Positions 17,972-26,871 of a stretch of 32,000 nucleotides of DNA are shown here, in pieces (the stretch's first letter is position 1; every line of letters begins with the position of its first letter). A program made the translations under genes and the position numbers. Below the pieces are notes generated by a model. The model ran no database searches. It was not told the DNA's origin and saw nothing but the letters and a program-made list of their open reading frames with translations. Source of the stretch: Candidatus Baldrarchaeota archaeon (GTDB lineage Archaea; Asgardarchaeota; Baldrarchaeia; Baldrarchaeales; DXJG01); assembly GCA_019056805.1 (NCBI GenBank), contig DXJG01000004.1, positions 60,001 to 92,000 on the forward strand. The letters run 5' to 3'.

Positions 17972-18793
17972 ATGTATAAAATGCATATTGAAGATTTACA
18001 TATTGATAATTTAAAAGACCAGATTTCCGTTTGCGTACCTAACAAGTATCTAAGTGACAAAATGCTTCGTAAAGGTGTTGAAGAAAAGAAAAAATGGCTA
18101 GAAAAAATGTTAAAGAGTTATGGTTCATGTTCAAAAATTGCTTATCTTAACAATGAACCCATAGGTATGATTCAATTTTACCCTGAAAAAGCCATACCAT
18201 ATAAAGTGGGAGCAAGAGATCAAGTTATAGAAATTTCATGCATATTTATTGGAGACAAATCCTTACAAGGAAAAAGTATTGGTTCAAAACTTCTAAACAG
18301 TTTAATAGAAGACTTAAAGAAACCCTTACCATACTTCAATAATAAACCCTGCAAATTCATAGTTACACATGCCTTCAATGCCGAAAGCGGAATACCACAA
18401 CACGTATTCTATCTGAAAAGAGGATTTAAACAAATACCAGGACTATCAGAAATAGACCTATACTACCCAATAACAGGAGAATACGAACCCCCCAAAACAA
18501 AATCAAGAGAATATAAACCTTTACCGGAGGACTACGGTTCAGCCATAATATTTTATTCCCCCGCCTGCCCATTCTCCATAAAATTCGCAGAACAAATCAA
18601 AGAACTAATAAGAGAAGTCGCAAAAGAAATACCAATCAAAATAATAAACACATGGGAGCATCCAGAAGAAGTAATCAAAAGAAATACACATAACCCAATA
18701 GTTAATGGCAAAGAAATAAAAACATTCTTCATGGACAAAGAAAACTTTCAGAAAGAAGTTAGAGAGGCGCTTAAACACGAATATAAAATATAA
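17972..18793 (+). CDS. GNAT acetyltransferase with a C-terminal YoaP-like domain
   Basis: PIGMIQFYP, ISCIFI...QGKSIGSKLL, FYLKRGF; C-terminal YSPACPF...NGK. Confidence 0.8.
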   Translation: MYKMHIEDLHIDNLKDQISVCVPNKYLSDKMLRKGVEEKKKWLEKMLKSYGSCSKIAYLNNEPIGMIQFYPEKAIPYKVGARDQVIEISCIFIGDKSLQGKSIGSKLLNSLIEDLKKPLPYFNNKPCKFIVTHAFNAESGIPQHVFYLKRGFKQIPGLSEIDLYYPITGEYEPPKTKSREYKPLPEDYGSAIIFYSPACPFSIKFAEQIKELIREVAKEIPIKIINTWEHPEEVIKRNTHNPIVNGKEIKTFFMDKENFQKEVREALKHEYKI

Positions 18794-19110
18794 TTTTGAC
18801 CTTCGTCTAATAAGGTGTTGACTTGTAAACTTATACGTGGTACCGACTCACTGTTTGACGTATTGAATAACTTATCAAACTAAGGTAACAATGTATTATC
18901 AGGCTAATTAAGCCATACATAATTTTAAAGGATGTTTACCATCGCTAATAACTGTTCAAAATACTACAGATTATTTTATCCAAAGAACCAGTCTGTATCA
19001 TTTAATTTTAAAAAGAGCAAATATTTGAAAACATAAAAGTTTACATAAAACTTGATCAGCAATTTTTGCTAAATCACTGAACCTTAGAACGGTCATCTTT
19101 TAAGTTTGAT

Positions 19111-19851
19111 TTAATCGGTGTTTTTCAAGTGTTTATGAATTTTTGGTAGAATTTCTCCAGCTTTTCCTCTTAATGTATACTGGCAGATTGGTGTTAGAGG
19201 CGTGTCTGTTACATTTATTTCGATTAGTGTTCCTCCATGTTCCCTTGTTATAAGTGGTAGTGATGCTGCTGGTTGGACAACGCCACTTGTACCTATTATT
19301 AGCATTACATCGCTTTGAGCAGCGAGTTTAAAAGCTTCATGTAATGCATCCTGCGGTAAAGGTTCATGAAACCATACTACGTCTGGTCTCATAAGACCTC
19401 CACATTTTTCACATATAGGAGGTATCTGACTTGGCGGAGAATTCAACACGGTCTTCCAATTACAATTTACACATTTTATTCTCCAAATGTTGCCGTGAAG
19501 CTCTATAACATTTTTTGATCCAGCCCTAAAATGCAAACCATCTACATTCTGTGTTATAACAGCTTTTATTATACCTTCCTTTTCCATTTCCGCCAAAGTT
19601 ATATGTGCTGGGTTAGGTTTAGCCTTACTAATTAAATCCATTCTCCAAGCATACCATTCCCAAACAAGCCTAGGATTCCTTTGAAACGCAAAAGGAGTAG
19701 CTAAATCTTCAGCTCTATATTTTTTCCAAAGCCCATTCGTACCTCTAAAAGTTGGTATGCCGCTTTCAGCAGATATTCCTGCACCCGTCAATACCACGGC
19801 GTTTTTAGAACTCCTTAAAATATTTGCAACAGTCTTTAAGAGGTCTTCCAT
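19111..19851 (-). CDS. cobB: NAD-dependent protein deacylase, class III sirtuin
   Basis: [22 protein letters not shown] (Y-x-x-R acyl pocket), [11 protein letters not shown], CxxC...Cxx[18 protein letters not shown]. Confidence 0.95.
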   Translation of the reverse strand: MEDLLKTVANILRSSKNAVVLTGAGISAESGIPTFRGTNGLWKKYRAEDLATPFAFQRNPRLVWEWYAWRMDLISKAKPNPAHITLAEMEKEGIIKAVITQNVDGLHFRAGSKNVIELHGNIWRIKCVNCNWKTVLNSPPSQIPPICEKCGGLMRPDVVWFHEPLPQDALHEAFKLAAQSDVMLIIGTSGVVQPAASLPLITREHGGTLIEINVTDTPLTPICQYTLRGKAGEILPKIHKHLKNTD

Positions 19852-19926
19852 TCGAACCTCACCATTTAAATTAAATGATCGTTGATATTTTAGTGATTAG
19901 TGTTGATGTAAAGTGGAGGTTTAAAG

Positions 19927-20376
19927 GTGAAAAGAACTGTTCTTGGTATCTTTTTAACATTTATCTTTGCATGTGCAATAGTTTATTTTGAAAAATTTTA
20001 CCAATCTATGGGATTACCAGATGTAAGTGATATTTCAGCTTTACAAACATGGCTATATTCTGTTGCAGAGAAAGTTATACCTTTATTGATAATTCCATTC
20101 ACACTTTTCATGAACGGGGATTATATTCCAATCATAGCTTGGGGGATTGCTGGCTTTGCAGGTGGAGCAATAGCTAAAAGCTACAGCAGAGCGTTCCTAA
20201 TATCTTTGATAAGTGTTGGACTAGTTATATTAATCTTAATGCTTTTACCAACGGGACTCAGTGCAATATATGCTCTTGGAGTAGCTTCAATCGAATATGA
20301 CTGGGGAGTCGCTGTCGCCATAACCTTAATAGCTGCACTAATAGGTTCAAGCTTAACAATGAGCGAAGAAGAATAA
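19927..20376 (+). CDS. Hypothetical multi-pass membrane protein
   Basis: About four hydrophobic segments; GTG start after GGAGG/AGGTG; 18 nt upstream of the HDAC-family gene. Confidence 0.7.
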   Translation: MKRTVLGIFLTFIFACAIVYFEKFYQSMGLPDVSDISALQTWLYSVAEKVIPLLIIPFTLFMNGDYIPIIAWGIAGFAGGAIAKSYSRAFLISLISVGLVILILMLLPTGLSAIYALGVASIEYDWGVAVAITLIAALIGSSLTMSEEE

Positions 20377-20394
20377 ATTAAAGGTGTTCCTACA

Positions 20395-21357
20395 ATGATT
20401 ACAGGGATAATATGGAGCGACCGATATGCTGAAGAGGGACACATGCTTTTAAAAACAAGATTAAAACCAGCATTCAACTATCTTAAAACAATGAAAATTT
20501 TTGAAAATCCAAATATCAAATTATGTGAACCAATACCTGCTTCTGAAGAAATTATCCAAAAAATACATACAAAGGACATGTTAGTAAAGGTTAAAGCAAC
20601 CGGATACTATGAAATCGCAAAACTAACCGCTGGAGGTTGCGCCCTAGCAGGAGAACTTATATGGAAAGGAGAAATAAACAATGCCTTTGCCTTTACAGCA
20701 GCCGCAGGCCACCATGCATCAAGAGATTTCTTCTGGGGCTTCTGCTACATAAACAACGCAGCAGTCCTCGTAGAAACCCTAAGAGAAAAATACAACGTCA
20801 AAAAAATTTTAATTGTCGACACAGATCCTCATTTTGGAGACGGAACATGGGAAATATTCGAAAACGACGAAAACACATTTCACCTAGAGCTTCACGGTGG
20901 TGGACCCTTAGAACCAAAATTCGGAAAAAACTCTGTCAGCATTCCACTTCCATCAGAAAGCAGAGACGAACATATTCTCTACGCTCTCGAAAAACTTCTA
21001 AAACCAATCACAGAAAAATTCAACCCCGAACTCATAATATGGGAATTTGGACATGATGCACACCACCAAGACTACGGCGCATGGCAACTAACAGTACCTG
21101 GATTCACAAAAATAGCCGAAACACTGGTAAAGATATCCAAAGAAACATGTGATGGAAAACTTATAGTTCTCTTAAGCGGCGGCTCAAACGAAAACGTGGC
21201 AAAACTATCAATATACGGCATCATATCAACCCTCGCCGAAATTCCCTTCAAAGTCAAAGACACAAGCTATTTACATGAACAAAACACAGACATTAAGGAA
21301 GAAATTAGAGATATTATAGAGAAAAATACAGAGAAGGTCCTTGAAATTATATCATGA
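20395..21357 (+). CDS. Histone deacetylase family (AcuC/AphA-like) Zn protein
   Basis: GHHA, GFCYINNAA, DTDPHFGDGT, GHDAH..D; SGGS in place of the usual EGGY. Confidence 0.88.
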   Translation: MITGIIWSDRYAEEGHMLLKTRLKPAFNYLKTMKIFENPNIKLCEPIPASEEIIQKIHTKDMLVKVKATGYYEIAKLTAGGCALAGELIWKGEINNAFAFTAAAGHHASRDFFWGFCYINNAAVLVETLREKYNVKKILIVDTDPHFGDGTWEIFENDENTFHLELHGGGPLEPKFGKNSVSIPLPSESRDEHILYALEKLLKPITEKFNPELIIWEFGHDAHHQDYGAWQLTVPGFTKIAETLVKISKETCDGKLIVLLSGGSNENVAKLSIYGIISTLAEIPFKVKDTSYLHEQNTDIKEEIRDIIEKNTEKVLEIIS

Positions 21358-21448
21358 ACTACAATTTTTCCCTAATGTTCCTATTCTTAATTTAGATTTA
21401 ATTCTTCTAGCTTACTATTTTTCTGGGATTGCATTATAGAAGGATACT

Positions 21449-22885
21449 CTACTTACGAGAGGCTCTGACATATACTCTTTTGTTTATATCAGTTTTATAA
21501 TCATTATTTAAGCTATCATTTGCATATGCCCTTGCTCTAATCTTTATTTTACCATTTTTCAAAAATACAAGAGGCACAACTAAAACTTTCCGTTCTACAG
21601 GTTTGATTTCTTCGAGAATGTAGTATCCTTGTGACCAATCTTCTAAAAGTCTAATGGAATTTCTAGGTATTGTATCTTTAAATTCAACTTTAACATTTTT
21701 AAGGGGAATATCCTTAGCATGGTTTTCCAAAATAACTCCAATAGAAGTTTTCTCTCCAACAATATATTCTTTATCGACTTCCATTCTCAATTCGAGTACG
21801 TGGTTTTTTACAGCTTCAAAACTTTTGGAAAGAAGCTTTAAAAACTTATTCTTACCACTAAAATTTTGTCTAATTTTTGTTAGTAGTTTGGTGACTGTTT
21901 TGATAGTTAAATTTGTAGATGAGGTTATAAATTCGGAAAATATTTTAGTTGTAGGATCATTAACATTGTTTAAATATTTCTGGGCAATTTCTAAAGCATC
22001 TGTGAGATTCCATGCTATAAGGTTGAACAGTGCAGCTTTAAAAGCCCAAAAAGCATTTTTAGTGCTTAAGTAGATTTTCTGATATAGTTTTGATGCTTCA
22101 GAATATAAATCTCGGTTAAAATCTTCAGCTAAAACATGCTGTAGTAACATTCCACTTTCTTTAAGGTTAAAGTGTTCTTCAAATCTTTTCAAAAAGTTTA
22201 GAAACATGAAAATATTTTTTATTTTTTCCTCTCCGATGTAAGAACTTGTGGATATGCCTGGAAAGTATTCTGGGAAATGTTTACATTTATCGGGGGTTAA
22301 AATTACAGTTAAAACTTTGCTCCAATATTCTCTACTTTCAATGAATTCTGGTAAAAGTAGATGAAATGCTTCAGAGATCAGGAATGTTTCATAAGGTTTT
22401 TCAAGTAAAGAAACATCAAGAAAAACTTTCTCATTATTCCTAATTAAAATTTTACCTAAATTTTTCTTTAAACTGATTACTGGAACCTTTCTTGGTTTGC
22501 AATTACATAAGTATTTCAGTTTTTCTAAGATTTTTAGAAATTCTTTGTGGATTTTAGCTGAAAGTTCTGGTAGTGTTGGTGGCTTTTCAATTTTTTCTTC
22601 AAAGCGTATCAAAAGTTTGGTTTTTCCTTCTAGTAATTTCTTTATTTTTTCGAAGTCTTTAAGGCTGAATGTATCTGCGCCGGAAAGAAAACCTCCTTGG
22701 AGGAAATAGTATATGCGAACGGAGTTCTCAAAATAACTGATAACAATGTATTCTATAGGTCCAATTTTGTAGTATAGCGTTCCTTTCTTTTTAATTCTTA
22801 AAACTTCTACCCTTTTTGCTCTTTTTGCTTCAAATTCTTCTTTTGCAAACTCTCTTAAACTAAGAAATATTTGTCGTTCAGTCAT
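21449..22885 (-). CDS. Hypothetical multidomain protein, 478 aa (helical middle, beta-rich Ig-like C-terminus)
   Basis: Long ORF; ATGA overlap with the upstream gene; fold guess comes from residue pattern only. Confidence 0.7.
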   Translation of the reverse strand: MTERQIFLSLREFAKEEFEAKRAKRVEVLRIKKKGTLYYKIGPIEYIVISYFENSVRIYYFLQGGFLSGADTFSLKDFEKIKKLLEGKTKLLIRFEEKIEKPPTLPELSAKIHKEFLKILEKLKYLCNCKPRKVPVISLKKNLGKILIRNNEKVFLDVSLLEKPYETFLISEAFHLLLPEFIESREYWSKVLTVILTPDKCKHFPEYFPGISTSSYIGEEKIKNIFMFLNFLKRFEEHFNLKESGMLLQHVLAEDFNRDLYSEASKLYQKIYLSTKNAFWAFKAALFNLIAWNLTDALEIAQKYLNNVNDPTTKIFSEFITSSTNLTIKTVTKLLTKIRQNFSGKNKFLKLLSKSFEAVKNHVLELRMEVDKEYIVGEKTSIGVILENHAKDIPLKNVKVEFKDTIPRNSIRLLEDWSQGYYILEEIKPVERKVLVVPLVFLKNGKIKIRARAYANDSLNNDYKTDINKRVYVRASRK

Positions 22886-23610
22886 AGGGAGGTTCCCTTT
22901 ATCTTTTTGTAAGCTTCAAAAGCTGCATTATAAGTTTCATGCATTTCCTCTTCACTTGTAACCCCAACAGCTACACTGTCCACGTATTTATACACAAATT
23001 CAAAAGCTTCTAAAGGTTTAATTTTACCAGCAGCTAAAGGCTTAATAGCAATTACTGTACGACTACAAGATTTAATAGCTTCCAGAGACTCGTTAAAGTC
23101 TGGATCCATAGCGTAGCCAATTTTGTTAAGGGGAGCTAAAACCACCTCTACGGGAACGTTTTCGTTTTCAACCCATTTTAAAGTTATACCTGGTTGATGC
23201 GTAGCTAAACCTGGAGTGATTCCAAAATCTTCTAAAATTTTAACATTTTTACTCACAACGTCTAGATTTCTTCTATCAGCAATTTCGGCATGAATAGCTA
23301 CAACTTCAGGTTCTAAAGGTTCTAATGTCTTTATTCTAGCTATTAATCTATCATCGGTGAAATCTGTACTATAAACTACAAAAGGTTTAACATTGCTTCG
23401 CTTAGAAGCTTCAATCAAGGCTTTTATAGTTTTATCAGCAAGTAATTGAACAGCTTTAACACCGAATTCAAAACTTTTAATGAAAAGCCTAACCATGTTT
23501 TCAGGCTGCATATAAAACGTCATATAATACTTGAACGCTCTTACACCAAATTGTCCAGCCCCAATAAAAGGACTTGTACCCATCAAAAGTCGAGGCACTT
23601 TAACACTCAT
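22882..23610 (-). CDS. Aldo/keto-reductase-like TIM-barrel protein
   Basis: PRLLMGTSPF, GLATH, LAPLN..G, IAIKPLAAG, VAVG pattern; start taken at ATG 23610. Confidence 0.55.
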   Translation of the reverse strand: MSVKVPRLLMGTSPFIGAGQFGVRAFKYYMTFYMQPENMVRLFIKSFEFGVKAVQLLADKTIKALIEASKRSNVKPFVVYSTDFTDDRLIARIKTLEPLEPEVVAIHAEIADRRNLDVVSKNVKILEDFGITPGLATHQPGITLKWVENENVPVEVVLAPLNKIGYAMDPDFNESLEAIKSCSRTVIAIKPLAAGKIKPLEAFEFVYKYVDSVAVGVTSEEEMHETYNAAFEAYKKIKGTSL

Positions 23611-23752
23611 ACCCAATCCCCAAAATACATAGAATTCCACATCTTAAAAGTTTGTTGAAAGAAAACTAAGTTCATAAAATAATTTTAGCAAGGAAATACT
23701 AAGAATGCGATTCTAAGGACTCTAAAAAGAAGTTGGAAAGGAATTAAATGTT

Positions 23753-24454
23753 TTACAGCTTTTTCTTTACAACCGCCACTGCTATGATTATTATAATAGC
23801 AGCAATTGTGCCACCTGTTACTGGTATGAACCATTCGCTGATTCCTAGATGTACATCTGTGCTTTTAATCTTTATTTCTAGCTCGTAGCCCATGTATTTG
23901 CTATATCCTTCAAGTAAAACTCCTGAAGCTTTATCATACACTAGGTAAAATTTGTTACCATCAGCTGTTTCATTGCCAAATATTATAACATGTCTTGGAA
24001 GACCTAGATAGAAGGCTGCAGAATTCTCTTTAATTAATTGTACATTGTTTTCTCTAGCTGCCTCAGTAATATTGTCCCACACGGGTTGGACCACTAAACT
24101 TAAGCTGAAGGGCCAGAAACCTATTGCAAGGTTAAAGCCGATTATAGATAAATCGACATTTTCGGCTGTTAAATTACCAATTATAATATCCGCGTAAGCC
24201 TTTGTCTCCGTGATATTTGTGAAAGTTAATGCTATAGTGTCTCTAGCTGAAATATTAACTTTAACAAGTCCTGTACCTGGGTCCCACCACCATAGAAGAT
24301 CTTCCATGCATTTTACAACTTCCCACTCTACCGTTTGACCTACTTCTACACGCCAACTTGATGCTGCAGCTACGCTATAAAATGCAGTGTAGGTTAGAAT
24401 AAGGGCGGAAAATGCAAATAGTAACGTTATTTTCATATACTTCCCAATTTTCAT
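23753..24454 (-). CDS. Secreted, C-terminally membrane-anchored surface protein
   Basis: N-terminal signal-like hydrophobic stretch; C-terminal transmembrane helix plus KKKL; start at ATG 24454 after GGAGGT. Confidence 0.75.
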   Translation of the reverse strand: MKIGKYMKITLLFAFSALILTYTAFYSVAAASSWRVEVGQTVEWEVVKCMEDLLWWWDPGTGLVKVNISARDTIALTFTNITETKAYADIIIGNLTAENVDLSIIGFNLAIGFWPFSLSLVVQPVWDNITEAARENNVQLIKENSAAFYLGLPRHVIIFGNETADGNKFYLVYDKASGVLLEGYSKYMGYELEIKIKSTDVHLGISEWFIPVTGGTIAAIIIIIAVAVVKKKL

Positions 24455-24494
24455 TTTTCTACCTCCAATTTCCATTTTAAAGTGTTAAATTTAT

Positions 24495-24956
24495 TTAGTA
24501 GGAGAGTAGTTTTGTTATGTTTGAGAATTGTGAGGGCCAATATTTCCATTCAACAATATCATCGCTGTTTAGATAGTATTTGTTTGCTGCTACCATTGGA
24601 AGTTCTCCATTAACCCAGTACTGCCACCACATATTGTTATTATTCTCGTTGTTTCTAACGCCATTTATGGCGTCGATAAAGACATAGGGACCTTCATAAT
24701 GATATTCTACGCTAGCTACTAGCAATAAGGCATGTAAAACTGTTGTATTAGGTGGATCTAAGTTAATTCCCGTAAATTTTTGAGTACTTCCATTTCCGTA
24801 ATCGATTATAATTGTAATGTTATAAGCTGGCTTGATTTCATGTTGAGGATTTTCTATTGGAGAGTATTCTGGTGCCAAATACATCAATATTGTAAGAGCT
24901 GACACGTAGACAATTACCATGAGGAGAAGTAGGGTTATGGTGAGTTTTCTTTCCAT
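24495..24956 (-). CDS. Membrane-anchored DUF4430 (transcobalamin C-terminal-like) protein
   Basis: N-terminal transmembrane helix; TVLHAL, FIDAING, WWQYWVNGE, GAANKYYL-like segment (VAANKYYL) and DIVEWKY. Confidence 0.82.
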   Translation of the reverse strand: MERKLTITLLLLMVIVYVSALTILMYLAPEYSPIENPQHEIKPAYNITIIIDYGNGSTQKFTGINLDPPNTTVLHALLLVASVEYHYEGPYVFIDAINGVRNNENNNNMWWQYWVNGELPMVAANKYYLNSDDIVEWKYWPSQFSNITKLLSY

Positions 24957-25528
24957 TTAATTTCCTCCGTTACTCCGTTGCCTATACCTAGAACGTTTTT
25001 CAATGCTTTTGACACAGGGATTAATAGTGCTCCGAAGATCATTGTGTTACTTATAACGTGTACAATTGAAAACCATGCCCCTGCTATTAAAACGAGAAGA
25101 AGCTGATGTTCCAATCCAAAAGCTATGGCGTATGCGAAATTCGTGGCCAAATCATATATGATTGTAAGTATACCTCCTAAAGCGGCGGCTCTCAACATTT
25201 TCTCCGAGTTATGGCTGGAAACGTTTAAAATTCTGTTTGCTACACCGCCAATTGCACCGATAAATGCCATACAACTTACTTGTGCAGCAAAAATAGGTGG
25301 AACTGGTCCGCCCCAAGGATTCCATGCTGCATAAATACTCATTGCTATGAGCCCTACTAGGGTTCCAATGTATGAACCATAGAGATATCCAGTTATGAAA
25401 ACCATAAAAGTCATTAGTTCAATGTTTGGAATCATCGATAATGTATATGCGGATGCTATTGCCATACTAGCAAATATAGCTGTTATGGAGATTCTTCTAC
25501 TTTTCAATTTAGTCGATGAAGTATCCAT
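24935..25528 (-). CDS. ECF transporter S component, CbrT-like (probable corrinoid uptake)
   Basis: IPNIELMTFMVFITGYLYG, about six transmembrane segments, HVISN; adjacent DUF4430 gene; start at ATG 25528 after GGTGAGG. Confidence 0.72.
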   Translation of the reverse strand: MDTSSTKLKSRRISITAIFASMAIASAYTLSMIPNIELMTFMVFITGYLYGSYIGTLVGLIAMSIYAAWNPWGGPVPPIFAAQVSCMAFIGAIGGVANRILNVSSHNSEKMLRAAALGGILTIIYDLATNFAYAIAFGLEHQLLLVLIAGAWFSIVHVISNTMIFGALLIPVSKALKNVLGIGNGVTEEIKWKENSP

Positions 25529-25543
25529 GCCCTCACCCAAACA

Positions 25544-25585
25544 TGTAGGATATTTTATCCTACAATATGAAAATCAATATTTATA
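25544..25585 (-). promoter_or_regulatory. TATA box (25578-25585) and perfect 21-bp palindrome (25544-25564) upstream of the ECF operon
   Basis: TGTAGGATA-TTT-TATCCTACA; minus-strand TATAAATA about 28 nt upstream of the palindrome centre. Confidence 0.6.
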
Positions 25586-25705
25586 CTTTACGATCAAGAA
25601 AAATCTACGATAACCTGTAATTTTTCCAGAATGTTAATAGCATCAAGTTATAATATCCAATAAAAAAAATAGGAGATTAAGATTTCGAATCCTACGTCTT
25701 AGAAG

Positions 25706-26644
25706 TTACGTTACATTGTCTTGAAATGTAAATGAGAGTTCTCCGACACCTTGTATGTTCGTCCTAACATCTATCCTATGAATCCCCGAAGGTAATTTTG
25801 TTCCGCTAACCATAATTGTCATTTTATCGTTTTCTTTAAATGTTAACGGATTTGAAAACGATATATCGCTGGATTTTACTTCTTTGCCACCAATGTTGAT
25901 ATATGTTGCGTTAACATCCATTAATATCCCGTCTACTTTCAATTCTATTGGTGCTATGAGTACAACGTCCCCAACATTGTTGTGGAATGTTAGTTCAAAT
26001 CCGTTTTTAACGTTTTTTAGTGTTCCAGGTACATATATTCTTGAAATAATTGCTGGCATCATTGTTCTGACTGTTTCTGGAATTATTACAGGAGGAACTG
26101 ACATCATCTGAGGGATTGTTGGTTGAGGCGGCTTTGCCTCTGGAACTTTTGGAACTTCACTTACTGGTTCCATACTTCTTAACCTAGCAAAGTCTATAAT
26201 TATTGATATTTCCTTACCAACAGAGATCTTTGCAGAAATAAAATCAGGATTTTCTGGTAAATTAATCGTACTTCCTATGGTTTCTATATATCCTTGTGGA
26301 ATAGTATCACTCCACCTTTTTAGGAGAGCAGCTATTTCTTTTCCCTTCATATCCTTCTTAATGGGTTCAAAAGTAGCTCTGTATGTGCGTCTTTCAACTT
26401 CGTATGCTGCTCTCCAAAGAGCACCTTCAATTCCACCGTACATTGCCCCTTTTGCAACTCTAGCGACACTTGCGACAGTTTTCAATAACCCAAATCCACC
26501 TTTTTTCTTTGCTCTAAAAGTGAATTTATAATTTCCCTCTCCATGCCCTGGTTCTAACAACTCGTCTACATGATAGGTAGAATTGTCGTTTTTCATTTTT
26601 TCAGCTGCTTCATTCAGTTTCTTAGCTAATTCCTCAACTCTCAT
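25706..26644 (-). CDS. Hypothetical two-domain protein with a Pro-rich linker and a beta-sandwich-like C-terminal domain
   Basis: Long ORF; linker EPVSEVPKVPEAKPPQPTIPQMMSVPPVIIP; C-terminal RIYVPGTLKNVKNGFELTFHN...LKVDG. Confidence 0.7.
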   Translation of the reverse strand: MRVEELAKKLNEAAEKMKNDNSTYHVDELLEPGHGEGNYKFTFRAKKKGGFGLLKTVASVARVAKGAMYGGIEGALWRAAYEVERRTYRATFEPIKKDMKGKEIAALLKRWSDTIPQGYIETIGSTINLPENPDFISAKISVGKEISIIIDFARLRSMEPVSEVPKVPEAKPPQPTIPQMMSVPPVIIPETVRTMMPAIISRIYVPGTLKNVKNGFELTFHNNVGDVVLIAPIELKVDGILMDVNATYINIGGKEVKSSDISFSNPLTFKENDKMTIMVSGTKLPSGIHRIDVRTNIQGVGELSFTFQDNVT

Positions 26645-26651
26645 AAAGACT

Positions 26652-26728
26652 TCCCCTATTCATCAATTATGAATGCTAAGAAGGGAGTATATCTCCCCTC
26701 TCAGCACTCAAGACAATAGGGAGCATTC
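26652..26728 (-). promoter_or_regulatory. Structured 5' leader: 18-bp hairpin plus anti-RBS pairing
   Basis: Arms 26670-26687 and 26693-26710 pair fully on the minus strand (15 Watson-Crick, 3 G-U); 26715-26722 is complementary to the RBS region 26653-26660. Confidence 0.6.
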
Positions 26729-26871
26729 TTATCTAAATAGTGGGTTTAAAGTCGTATTTAAATTTTGCTTTATCTAAATGAAGAATTAAATTTTGAACCT
26801 AAAATAGGGCTTCGCTAAAAACAAGTGATCAATCCTAATGATGAAAAATTATTAAATATTGTTAGTAAAAT

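Noticed and set aside
25541-25705. Cobalamin riboswitch expected upstream of the ECF/DUF4430 genes
   Set aside because: Region is short and AT-rich with no B12-box or conserved core; the TATA position implies a leader of only about 30 nt
25681-26003. T-loop-like strings (TTCGAATCC at 25684-25692, GTTCAAATCC at 25993-26002)
   Set aside because: No cloverleaf can be built around either; the second lies inside a CDS
26670-26710. Hairpin considered as a SECIS element
   Set aside because: No in-frame UGA in flanking genes, the hydrogenase and HdrB motifs use Cys, and no SECIS consensus is evident
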